DNA of 52,802 nucleotides from Patescibacteria group bacterium (GTDB lineage Bacteria; Patescibacteriota; Patescibacteriia; Patescibacteriales; UBA12465): NCBI GenBank assembly GCA_041665845.1, contig JBAYIC010000009.1, positions 1 to 52,802 of the forward strand, read 5' to 3'. Shown piece by piece: positions 9,224 to 19,600 of this stretch (position 1 is its first letter; each line of letters starts with the position of its first letter). The notes under the pieces were generated by a model. It saw only the letters and a program-made list of their open reading frames with translations, ran no database searches and was not told where the DNA came from. The position numbers and the translations under genes were made by a program.

Positions 9224-10160
9224 CTTTTCTAGCTTCAGCTTTTTTAAGGCGCAGGATTTCTTGGCTAATAGCTTTATATTCCAAACTTGATGGTGAATAG
9301 CTATTTAAAATTTCTTCTAATTCGACGGTACGAGGGATAATTAATTTCTGGGGCTGAACGGAAACAACATTAGCAGCCGAAGATGAAGCAGGAACAGGAG
9401 CGGAGGAAATAGAGTCTGATAATACGTCATCTTTTACCGAATCGATTAATTTACTAACATTTTTTATTTTATCAAGACTAGATACTTCTTCTACATTTCC
9501 ATGGTCAAAGATAATTGCCTTATCGTCTATATTCATCAACACGGAGTTTTCATATCCTTCCGGTGTTTTAGAGGAGATTTTTAATTTTTCGTAAATATCC
9601 AAGAGAGTTTTTACCTTATCTTTATCTTTTTCATCTAAAATTTTTAAATACCGACTACTGCTCAAATATTCCATTTTCTTAACCTTATCAAAGCTATCTA
9701 GACCTAGGTTAACAATAAAGTTTTTAATCCATTCGTCTACCTTCCTTGGAATTTCCTGGTTAATATACTTTTGACGGTTAATTAGAACATCTTCACATTT
9801 TTCTAAGGCTTCTCGCATTTTTGCTTTGAAATCATCACGAGTATCTAAACTACTAATAGAAATCAGCTCTATTTCTATTTTCTCCCAAAGCTTAAAACCG
9901 TCAATTTCTAAAGCTGAATTAAAATAATTTTTTAACAACTCAACGCGCTCGTTAATATCACTTAAATAATTAAAACTGAGAAACTTAAGTTTTATTAGAT
10001 AATTATTATATTGAATATAGTCCGAACTATTCTTAGCTAGTCCTGACTCATCAAGCCATTTCTTGGTTAAATTATAACACTCGAAAGCGCCTTGAAAATC
10101 GTTATTTACTACAACGTAATCTATTTCTTGTTTTAGCAAATCAAAAGGTAATTTTATCAT
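9210..10160 (-). CDS. Hypothetical cytoplasmic helical protein with a low-complexity Ser/Pro/Ala linker near the C-terminus
   Basis: 316-aa ORF with no hydrophobic segment; 9 nt from the upstream gene and overlapping the downstream gene by 14 nt. Confidence 0.75.
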   Translation of the reverse strand: MIKLPFDLLKQEIDYVVVNNDFQGAFECYNLTKKWLDESGLAKNSSDYIQYNNYLIKLKFLSFNYLSDINERVELLKNYFNSALEIDGFKLWEKIEIELISISSLDTRDDFKAKMREALEKCEDVLINRQKYINQEIPRKVDEWIKNFIVNLGLDSFDKVKKMEYLSSSRYLKILDEKDKDKVKTLLDIYEKLKISSKTPEGYENSVLMNIDDKAIIFDHGNVEEVSSLDKIKNVSKLIDSVKDDVLSDSISSAPVPASSSAANVVSVQPQKLIIPRTVELEEILNSYSPSSLEYKAISQEILRLKKAEARKDAKR

Positions 10161-10169
10161 ATTATTTTT

Positions 10170-12809
10170 CTAAGTAATAGTTCGTTTTATTGTCGCTAGC
10201 GGGTTAGAAACATCGGGAGCACCGACATTACTTTTAGCTTTTTTACAGACATCTCTTATAACTTTAGCTACTTCTGTAGCCCCCGCCGCCTCTAAAGCTT
10301 TGAGATTCTTTTCATTGGCTCCAATAAATTGAATAAGATTAATATTACCAGTTTTTGATAAATCCTCGGAATATGACTTGTCTTTAGAAGCAAACAAGGC
10401 AATTGATGATCGACTTAAATCCCAATGTTGAGCATCGTGTGGCTCCCCATTACGATAAGCACCAGTACCTAAACGATTAGCTGATCTTACAAATTGTTGA
10501 ACCTGAATTTTTGATTTTTCTGCTAGAATTGCGGCTTCTTGTTCATCTTTACCGGTTAACTCCCATTGACCAGCCTTATTCATTGACATCGCACCAAAAG
10601 CTTCAAAATGATTAACGGACTTAGCTAATTCGCCGATTTCTGCGATTAACCCACGGGAATCTTGTTCAGTCATCCCACCATGAGTTTGCAAACGCTCAGC
10701 CATTTTAACCATCCCATCATAACCAGTTCCTATTCCTAATTCTCGGTGAAGATCATTATAATTACCGGTCTTAGCTAATTTTTTATAACAGGCGGCCATC
10801 AAACCTCTATCTTGTTGTTCCTCCGCTTCTTTATATATACCAACCAGTTGATCGGGATTAGAAAAATTAGCAATTTTCTTGCTTGCTTCAGCTTCAATTT
10901 TAGCACTAATATCAGCTCGGGCTGATTGCACTTCGGATAATTGATTTTTTCGTAAAATATCAGAAAATTTCGCTATTTCCTTATCAGCATCACCAACTTC
11001 CTTTCTTTTTTTATTAATAAGACTATCGTTAGTAGCTATAACTTTTTTCTTTTCTTGTTCGTTCTTTACGATTATAGCGCCACTAACCGTACTTGTGAGT
11101 CCGTCTTTAATTGCTTTTTGTTGATCAATCTTTTCGTCATATTTCTTAATTATACCCTCTACTTTAGCGAGTTCTTGTTCTTCTTTATCAGTTAAAGTAA
11201 ACTTCTTCTCTTTATCTTTAAGATCCTTATAGGTCGGATCATTCAAAATAGCATTCTTTTGGAAGTTAAGATTTTGCATGCCTTTATTTAGATCCTTTAA
11301 TTGTTGGATTATCTGATCATTTTCAGACATTGTAAGGACTTTATTTGATTGCTTATCAATATCTGCTATCTCTTCGTTAAGTTTTTTCTTTTTTGTTTCT
11401 TCGGCCTCAATTTTATCTATATTATCCTTAACTACACCTGGAGAACCGCCTTGAAAAAACTTTTTATCCATTAAATTTTGCCAAGCAATATCGCCGGTAG
11501 AAAACAAAGCCGCTTTTCGTCCAAAATAGGTTTTTCCTTTTTCTGCTTCTGTAGTGGTAACATCACGAATTCTAGTTTTCCGACGTTCGCGGTTAGCAGC
11601 TACTTGCTCTCTTCTTCTTCTTTCTCCAGCAACAAGATTCAAATCAAACTTAAGTTTCTCGCTCGCCATATCACGAACATCGCCAAGTTGCATCCCAGCC
11701 CATGATCCAAATTTTTCAGCACCCCTGCCAAGCTTATTTACCGCTCCTGAACCCAAAGCCGAAACTTTAGCTAGACCTTTACCGGCAACGGCGCCGGCTG
11801 CACCACCAATTTCTGAAGCAACCTTCATCCCACCAAGGAGCATCGCGATTGCGATAATAAATTTAATCATCAAATCTGAAGTTCCATATTTACATTCACC
11901 ATCTGCGCCAGTCTGGCAGGTAATATCTTTAGTGCTATCATTAAAGCCTTTAACAACATCATTTCCTTTATCATTAAAGCTAACCAGAGATGTAAAAGAT
12001 AACCAAATAAAAAATGCTAAAACCGGACCAACAATTAAATTTTTAATAAATTCGCTCCACCATTGAGAAGAATAATTTGCACCGCCAGGAAAAGCAGCAA
12101 GCAGATAAGCAAACGGCGATAAAACAACATAAACCCAAATCATGATAATGCGCATGACTAGCATACCAATCATCGCCGTAATAGTAATTAGAGTAACTAT
12201 CAAATAAATTACTGATAAAACGTAAGCGGAGGCGACTGTCCAGCCGCCGACCTCTTTTATTCCATTTAGACTTTGCCAACCAGTAATGCCTAACATATCG
12301 ACCACACTACCAGCCGCAACATCTTTAAAAGCATTAACAAAAGTAAGCATAACAACCTGCGATAAATCAATTAACAGTCCACAGATAGTTTTAGAAAAAT
12401 TAATTAAAATCGCCATCAAAATTAATTTAGGCAACCATTTTTTATAACTATAATTTTCGATGCGTAAAATTGTTGCAAAGGCAATAATCAATAAAATAAT
12501 CACGAAAAACATGTTGGCAATATCTCTCGCAATTACCCAACCGTTAACAATGGCTGCCGATCTGATAAAATCATTATATTGAGCGACTTGGATTAAAACA
12601 GCAAGCAGTTTCATTAAAATCCAGCCTAAAATAGAAGCAATCCCTTGCGCTAGACCGCCGACTAACCAAGTCACCCAGCCAGTCCCTGAACCGTCAGCTG
12701 CTAAGACGGCTGTTCTTGAAAATAAAAATAAAGCAGTCGAAAAAATAATTATCGTTAAAATTATCAGCGACTTTTTATTGAATTTGATTTTCTTCAGTTT
12801 TATTTTCAT
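10170..12809 (-). CDS. VirB6/TrbL-like polytopic membrane protein with a long charged coiled-coil C-terminal tail
   Basis: Multiple TM segments in the first ~345 aa (WVIARDIANMFFVIILLIIAF, LPKLILMAILINFS, VLSPFAYLLAAFP, W...FIKNLIVGPVL), then a Gly/Ala-rich stretch (GGAAGAVAGKG) and a K/E-rich tail. Confidence 0.7.
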   Translation of the reverse strand: MKIKLKKIKFNKKSLIILTIIIFSTALFLFSRTAVLAADGSGTGWVTWLVGGLAQGIASILGWILMKLLAVLIQVAQYNDFIRSAAIVNGWVIARDIANMFFVIILLIIAFATILRIENYSYKKWLPKLILMAILINFSKTICGLLIDLSQVVMLTFVNAFKDVAAGSVVDMLGITGWQSLNGIKEVGGWTVASAYVLSVIYLIVTLITITAMIGMLVMRIIMIWVYVVLSPFAYLLAAFPGGANYSSQWWSEFIKNLIVGPVLAFFIWLSFTSLVSFNDKGNDVVKGFNDSTKDITCQTGADGECKYGTSDLMIKFIIAIAMLLGGMKVASEIGGAAGAVAGKGLAKVSALGSGAVNKLGRGAEKFGSWAGMQLGDVRDMASEKLKFDLNLVAGERRRREQVAANRERRKTRIRDVTTTEAEKGKTYFGRKAALFSTGDIAWQNLMDKKFFQGGSPGVVKDNIDKIEAEETKKKKLNEEIADIDKQSNKVLTMSENDQIIQQLKDLNKGMQNLNFQKNAILNDPTYKDLKDKEKKFTLTDKEEQELAKVEGIIKKYDEKIDQQKAIKDGLTSTVSGAIIVKNEQEKKKVIATNDSLINKKRKEVGDADKEIAKFSDILRKNQLSEVQSARADISAKIEAEASKKIANFSNPDQLVGIYKEAEEQQDRGLMAACYKKLAKTGNYNDLHRELGIGTGYDGMVKMAERLQTHGGMTEQDSRGLIAEIGELAKSVNHFEAFGAMSMNKAGQWELTGKDEQEAAILAEKSKIQVQQFVRSANRLGTGAYRNGEPHDAQHWDLSRSSIALFASKDKSYSEDLSKTGNINLIQFIGANEKNLKALEAAGATEVAKVIRDVCKKAKSNVGAPDVSNPLATIKRTIT

Positions 12810-12826
12810 ATTCTATTTAATTAAAC

Positions 12827-13681
12827 CTATGAACTAACATTAGTAATTCCTCCAATGGTACTATCCCAAACCCAGCCAAATATTTGACCAATAAACGCCA
12901 TCGGATTTTCAAAAACTTGCAACATCGCTCCGATAATAGCTAAATTAATAAAAATAACTAACAATAAAGCGAAATCTAAAATACCCAGCACTGTACTTTC
13001 TCCAATATTAGAACAGGTATTTGCTTTATCAGTATACTTACTTAACGTTTTTCCTAATACTGCATCTTTTAGCTCATTCGTACCGCCAATTATTCCGGAT
13101 TCTAGCCATTCTTCGCCTAATTTACAAAACCAACTTTTTCCAACAACTAGGCGAGCAAAGACATGAAAATTTATATAAAACAGAGTTAGGCCAAAACTAT
13201 CCCATAAATTTATCCAAGAATCACAAAGCCATTTACTAGTAGTCTTTCTTATCTGTGCCGAAAACTTTGATTTAATCCCACCTTCGCCCTCTTCTTCTTT
13301 TTTATCTTTAGCTGCTTCTTCTCTCTTAGCGGCAATAACCGCCTCTCTTAAAGTTTGCGGTTCTTCTTGAGGGTTAGCTTGATCAGGTGCCCCACTCTTT
13401 TCCTTCCTCTTAGCTTCATTTAAAGCGCCGGCCTTATCGCTACTAGATTCTCCCGGATTCATTAAACTACTATCAAAACGCTCATCGGAACCCGTTTTAT
13501 TTTTAATTTGATTTGCCTGTGACTGACGATTAGAACTTCTACTTTTTCCATTAGAGCTTTCCTCCTCAAATTCATCGGCCATATCAGCTTCATCATCAAA
13601 TTCTTCTGAATCTAGTAAATCATTACCGGGTTGTTCATTAAACCCGGCTCTACTTCCATTAATCTTTATATTATCAGCCAT
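12827..13681 (-). CDS. Hypothetical membrane protein with an acidic disordered N-terminus and hydrophobic C-terminal segments
   Basis: EEFDDEADMADEFEEE near the N-terminus; SFGLTLFYINFHVF...FCKLGEEW and ILDFALLLVIFINLAIIGAML near the C-terminus. Confidence 0.75.
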   Translation of the reverse strand: MADNIKINGSRAGFNEQPGNDLLDSEEFDDEADMADEFEEESSNGKSRSSNRQSQANQIKNKTGSDERFDSSLMNPGESSSDKAGALNEAKRKEKSGAPDQANPQEEPQTLREAVIAAKREEAAKDKKEEEGEGGIKSKFSAQIRKTTSKWLCDSWINLWDSFGLTLFYINFHVFARLVVGKSWFCKLGEEWLESGIIGGTNELKDAVLGKTLSKYTDKANTCSNIGESTVLGILDFALLLVIFINLAIIGAMLQVFENPMAFIGQIFGWVWDSTIGGITNVSS

Positions 13682-13684
13682 ACT

Positions 13685-16600
13685 TTAATTGCTAGTATTA
13701 TCCCAATTATCCCAAATCTTCAATTTAATTTTTGTACCAAGATTTCCATAGTTACCATCATAATAATGATAAATAACATGCGGGTTAGCAGCATCTGGGC
13801 GATGATCTTGACCGGTAACTGCTTGCTTATTTCCATCTCCCCATTCAATATAAACCATTTTAAGAGGCTGATGCTCCGGATCAACTAAAGTATTAAATTC
13901 TAAACTATAGACGCCACTCCTATCAACTATCATTTCCTTATCTACTCCGTTTAACTTTAATTTTGGGCTGCTAATTATTTTTGGATTAAATTCGGGCCTA
14001 TTAAATTGAGGGCTACCCGATTTATTCCAGCTAACAGAATCTGGAGCGTAAGTACCTGAGTCAAACTTAAAGCTTCCATAAGATTGTAAGAAAATAGAGC
14101 TTAAAACATCTGAGCCAACAAAATTCGTTGAATTCCAAAGGGGGCGACAAACACCAAACCCACCATCAGAACAAGTTTTTTTATTTACATAATCACCATC
14201 ATTATTACCCAGTGAAAATGTAGGGATATTGTCTCCTACAACATGATAATCTTTTGGTAAAAATACACACATCACATTAGGATTATCACTACAATAGCCA
14301 ATATTCATACAAGCATTTCCGGTACAATCATAAGGACGTCCGCCTAAAACGCTTTGTTTATCCTTTAAATAATATTGATTTTGTAAGTATACCGGACCAC
14401 TGTTTAAAATATCAAAATCTTCAGGAAAGACAGCGGCGCCGAAAGGTACGCCATTGCGTTGACGGCCGTATAATTTTAAGTTTCCGGGGGTAGCAATAGC
14501 GTCAAAGAAATAAGGAGTTGTGGTCGCCCATCTTGGATCAGCCGTAGTTCTTACTACCCAAGCTTTATTTATTCCGCTTCCAGAAACTACTTGAGCAAAA
14601 TTATTGCAAGTAAAATTAAAAACTTTATCTCTATTACTTGCATCGGCCGCTAAATATTGCAAACCTTGCTCATCAACCGCCGGGTGATTCATATCATAAA
14701 TTCTAATCGGTGGGTTAGCGTTAGTTGCTTCATTAATTTCTTCACATTTTCCTTCAGCTTCATCGTCACACCTAATAACCGGATGAGTAGTAAATAAAGT
14801 CCCATTTGTTCCAAAGCCATCAGCTTGAACCCAAGCTTCCTTAAAAAATTTAATTTCCGCACAGTTAGTCTGGGCGACCGCAGTGTCTAGCGAGGTCGCA
14901 TAAGGTAGTGAAGCAACGGCTGTAGTTAACGACCCAACTCCAAATAAGAAATTAGGATTTAGAGGATTCGAGTTTGTTTTATCTCTAGGAACGCAATAAA
15001 TAAATTCATTATTAAAACTTTGCTTAGAATTAACATGAATTGCTCTATAATTTACTTGATCGCCACAATAAGTCTGGGCATAAGACGCCGCCATTTCACC
15101 GCACCAATCTCTATTAATAGAAACCGCTCCTCCGGCTCCTCCGACGTTGATACAATTTGGATTATATATTCCGCTATTTGTATCTTGCTCACAGAGAATA
15201 TTACTACCAATTCCATCTATATAATAAGAGTTATCTTTATCCTGAGTATTATAAACTAGCTTGGTTACAATCTTCTTAGCAAATTTAATATTAGCATTTA
15301 CATTAGTACAATAACTTAAACCAGTCGGACCGGAATAGCCCAAACTTTGACTACCAAGAACTGACGAACTAACACGATCAGCCGGAAACCAAGTTACGCA
15401 AACTGAAGGATTAGCTTTATCATGTTCTAAACAATAGCCTTCTAAACCGTCTTTAATAACGTTTTTACTTTGATTTTTACAACTCAAACTGCTGCTGGTT
15501 GGATAAAGACGACATTCTCTAGCAACATATTGATTATCTCCAACTTGAAGAACCGGCTCGATATTAATATCATCAAAGTAGGCTTCACCTTCAGCACCTG
15601 ATAAACCATCAGAGCGAAGATTGATTCTTATTTGCACACTTCCATTATTAGCTCCAATATTTCCGGAATTAAAACGATTTATTTTTCTCACCCAACCGTT
15701 AGTGCTAGAGGCGGTAAAAACAGTTGATGTTGCTGCGTTCCTAGTTTCAATTATTATTTTAGCACCGCCGGCCGAGTTCTGAGTATTTAAAAGATAACTG
15801 AGATAATAATCTTGATCAGACGATAAATTTATCCAAGAACCGGCTGGTTGTGGCGAAACATTATAAGCAGCCGGAACACGTAAATAGCTCTTACCGGAGA
15901 TTGGATAATCGACTTTAGCCTTTTCTGGCTCTCGGACAATTAATTCTTTAGCAATATTACTGAAACTGCATTCTTTACCATTTGTATCTATAACTCGGAC
16001 ACAAGATAAGGAAGGAATAATTTCTTCAAAATCAAAATGAGCTTCGCTATTTAAACCGACCTCTTTCATACCGCCGATATTATATTTATTCAAGAAGAAA
16101 TATCCAGTAGCATTCTCTGATTTTTGTTGATTTTGTTGGCCAAGAATTGGCGGAACAAAATTATTACATTCATAATTTTCATCGAGACTATTACATTGTC
16201 TCAAAGAATAACAAATTTCGTTACCATTCTCATCTTTGGCATAAGTAGAACAATCCAGCCAGCCGGAACAAACCCGATCCGGTCTAACTTTTATCAGCTG
16301 ATTAGCCACACATGAACCCGGTTGATTAGAATTACATTTAACAAGGCCTGACTTATCGGTACTGACATAAGGATCATAAAAGCCGGCTAACTTATTATAT
16401 CCATCCGCACCGGCGATTGATCTTTCGTTAAATAAAACGCAACCATTATTAAAATTAACTAAACCATTACAACTCTTTTTATCAACTGTACCAGATAACT
16501 GATATTCAACTGCTAATTCCCTTACTTCAACCGTAGCGGTTAACGCCTTACTAGCGGAAATATTATTTAAGGAATTAAAAATTAAATTTTTAGTAGTACC

Positions 16601-19600
16601 GCCAACAATTATTTTTTTAGTTGAGATTCCAAAAGTATTATCAATTAATAACGGAACAACATCATTAGGAAAAGTTAAGGTTGTTTCACTACTAGAAGCG
16701 GAAGAAGCTACATAAAGCTTGTTCGGCTGAACCATAACATTGGTTGTACTAGCAATTACTAAGTCGGGATTAAACTTACTAACCGGGTCAATATATTCGC
16801 GACAACCGGAAAATTTAACATCGCACAAACCGACTTCTTTAGTTGGAACCGGAATCCTATTACCAACACCACCATAGCCAATGGTCTTAAAATAGGAATA
16901 ATCGCAAGAAGTTCGGCCACTAGCAGTATTTTTATACCAACCTCTTTGCGCGGAATTATAAATGCAAACATTATCTCCCGGATCACGGAAATAGCTTAAA
17001 CCGCCATTATCAGCATTCTTCCATTCTTCACAGCCTAAACCGCTTGAATCGCATAAAATACTATTTGGGCTGTTATAGAAATTTGGATTGTTTTTCTTAA
17101 AGACGTCTGACCAGGCTGTTATACCATTAGAAATTTTAGCTTGACCGAGCAAACTGCAACCTAAATCAGCGGGATTACAGGTTTTCGCTTGATCGTAAAC
17201 TATATAAAGAGCCGTATCGGCTTCCACCTTAACGCAATCCGGTTCATTAGTATCACATTTTTTATTTTTGTTGGTATCGCCCCAAATATCCTCTTTATAG
17301 GAGGCGTAATTATTAGTACTAATTACTTGTTCACAACCGATTGAAGATTTATCGCAAATACTAGAAAAAGTATGCAAATTATGATTAATACCAGATTTAT
17401 CAACATAAGCCGAACAACCCAAATTATAATCTGTTCCCTGATAAACATCGAAGTCATCATAATAACAAACCGGTGGAATTTGACTTGAAGATTTAATTAA
17501 GTAAAACCGATCAGTGATTTCTGTTAAAAGAAAGTTGTCTAAGTAAAAATCATTACTAGCGGATACCACTAAAACTTCATTATTAGAAACTATATGGTTT
17601 AAATTATCAAGATTAGCTGAATAAATCTGCCAAGCGCTACCGCCAGAGACTTTAATCGGATTGCCGGTATTAAATTCTGCTTTCTCTTGAGTTTCCGGAT
17701 TATATAGATAAAGTTGCAAATCGGCTCCGTTAGGAGAACTAGCTAAAAATTTAACGCTATAAGCTCTATCTTGTTTAACGGTTCCGGTGACTTTAAGCTG
17801 AGCGACTGGAAATAGAGGAGGGCTCGCAGCCATTATTTGTTTAATAAGAGGAAAACGCTTAGATAAAGTCTGAAGATTACCGCCAACTTCAGAACATTCA
17901 CCCGCCTGACTATTATAATATAGAGAATGGCCATTTTTATTGCTAGAGATACTAGAAACGCTTATTCCGCTCTTACAATTAGAGGTCCAAGTTCCAGCCG
18001 GAGTTTCAAAATCATAAGAAGCGGCTAAACGAACATTATTCCCTTCATTGCCATTATATTCTCGACAACCGTTTTCACTAGCACTGCAAGTCTTTCCTTC
18101 TCCCGGAATACCTTGATAAACACAGGCTTGATGAATACTATTCCAAACTCCACCATTTATACAAGAAATACAAGCACCTTCATTTGCATCCCAATGCTTA
18201 GTAGAACCAAGACATTCACTTTGAATCAAACGACGATCATAATTTTTTTCGGTTACTCGATAAGTACGACAAGAATCAGAGCAGGTAATCAGATTTGAAT
18301 TAAGATGATAATAAGTTTGTCCGGTTGAAGTATATACTTGCTGACAATCGGGATTATAAAGCGGACTATTTATCGGAGAGTTAAAAATTATTTCATTACA
18401 CAAGTCTGTATCATCGGCAACTACCGCGGGAGTACCGTCAGTATTTTTTTGTAAACTATATAAACGTAATTGATAACCGCTTCCAGTTCCCTCCCAAGCA
18501 TAAAAACTTCCGCAAGTAGCTTGACTTGGTTTAACGCAATGTTTTAAAGCGGAATAATATTCACGATTTTCTCCTCCCGCCGCTAAACTATCTAAATTGG
18601 TGAATTCATTACAACCGACTGATTCCGCACTACACTCTTTAGCGGTTTTAGGAATTAAATTATCAGCTTGAGCGGAATTAAAATAAGTTTCTCGCGCAAT
18701 ATAAACATCATAACCAACGCATTCTCCCGGGCAATAATCTAGACTATCAATTTTCGCCGGGATGGAAAAATTATTTTTGGACGATGTATACAAATCACAA
18801 CCGACTTCCGCTTGGCTACATTTTCTTACATAATTTAAACATTTAGTTGGGGCATTATCTTTCAAGCGATAATTTAAAGCCCCACTTGAATCCTCGCTAT
18901 AACAAGCATTTTCTAAATATTGCGGTAATAATTTTTGATAAAATTTAGAAGAGCCATTGGTATTATAACCGTAAGCGCTATAGCCCGTATCACCGTTACT
19001 CATCTCGAATTTTATATTCTTAATATAAGCGATAACCGAAGAAGACCCATAAGCAGTGATGGTAAAACTCGGTTGGCTAAAATCATCACCCGCTTTTCTA
19101 GTTAAACTTACATGTTTCCATCCGCCAACGGTATTATTCTCATAAACATTCGCACTAGTAGGACTACCAATTGATAAACGACTACCGCTACCAGATGCGA
19201 CCCAGATATCAGCGCTTAGAGTATAAGCTTGCCCAGAAACAAGTTCTAAGTTCTTAGGCAACAAAGAGTTATCATAATCAGAATAAACGGAAACGGCTAA
19301 AGTTCCTTCTAATTTTAAAGCGCGACCGACACTTGCTCCTGGTTCATTAGTGGAATCAACAATTGTTGCTTTAGAAGTAGTAATTGGCCAATCATTTAAA
19401 AAGCTACTCGTTGAAGATGCTCCTATACTATCATTAATAAAATCGGGATTCATTACCAAATTTGCTCCCCAGGCTGGTTTAATTCTAATAAACTCTGAAC
19501 AACCCTCATCTTTAACTGAACAATCGTTAACACTTTTATTTAAATAAACATCACCGGATGTGTTCCAAACTACCATCCCTTTTAAAACGTCGTAAGCGCC

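Noticed and set aside
11478-12279. Alternative-frame ORFs over the VirB6-like gene (75, 170 and 78 aa)
   Set aside because: Fully overlapped by a long coherent gene; the translations are typical antisense or off-frame shadows.
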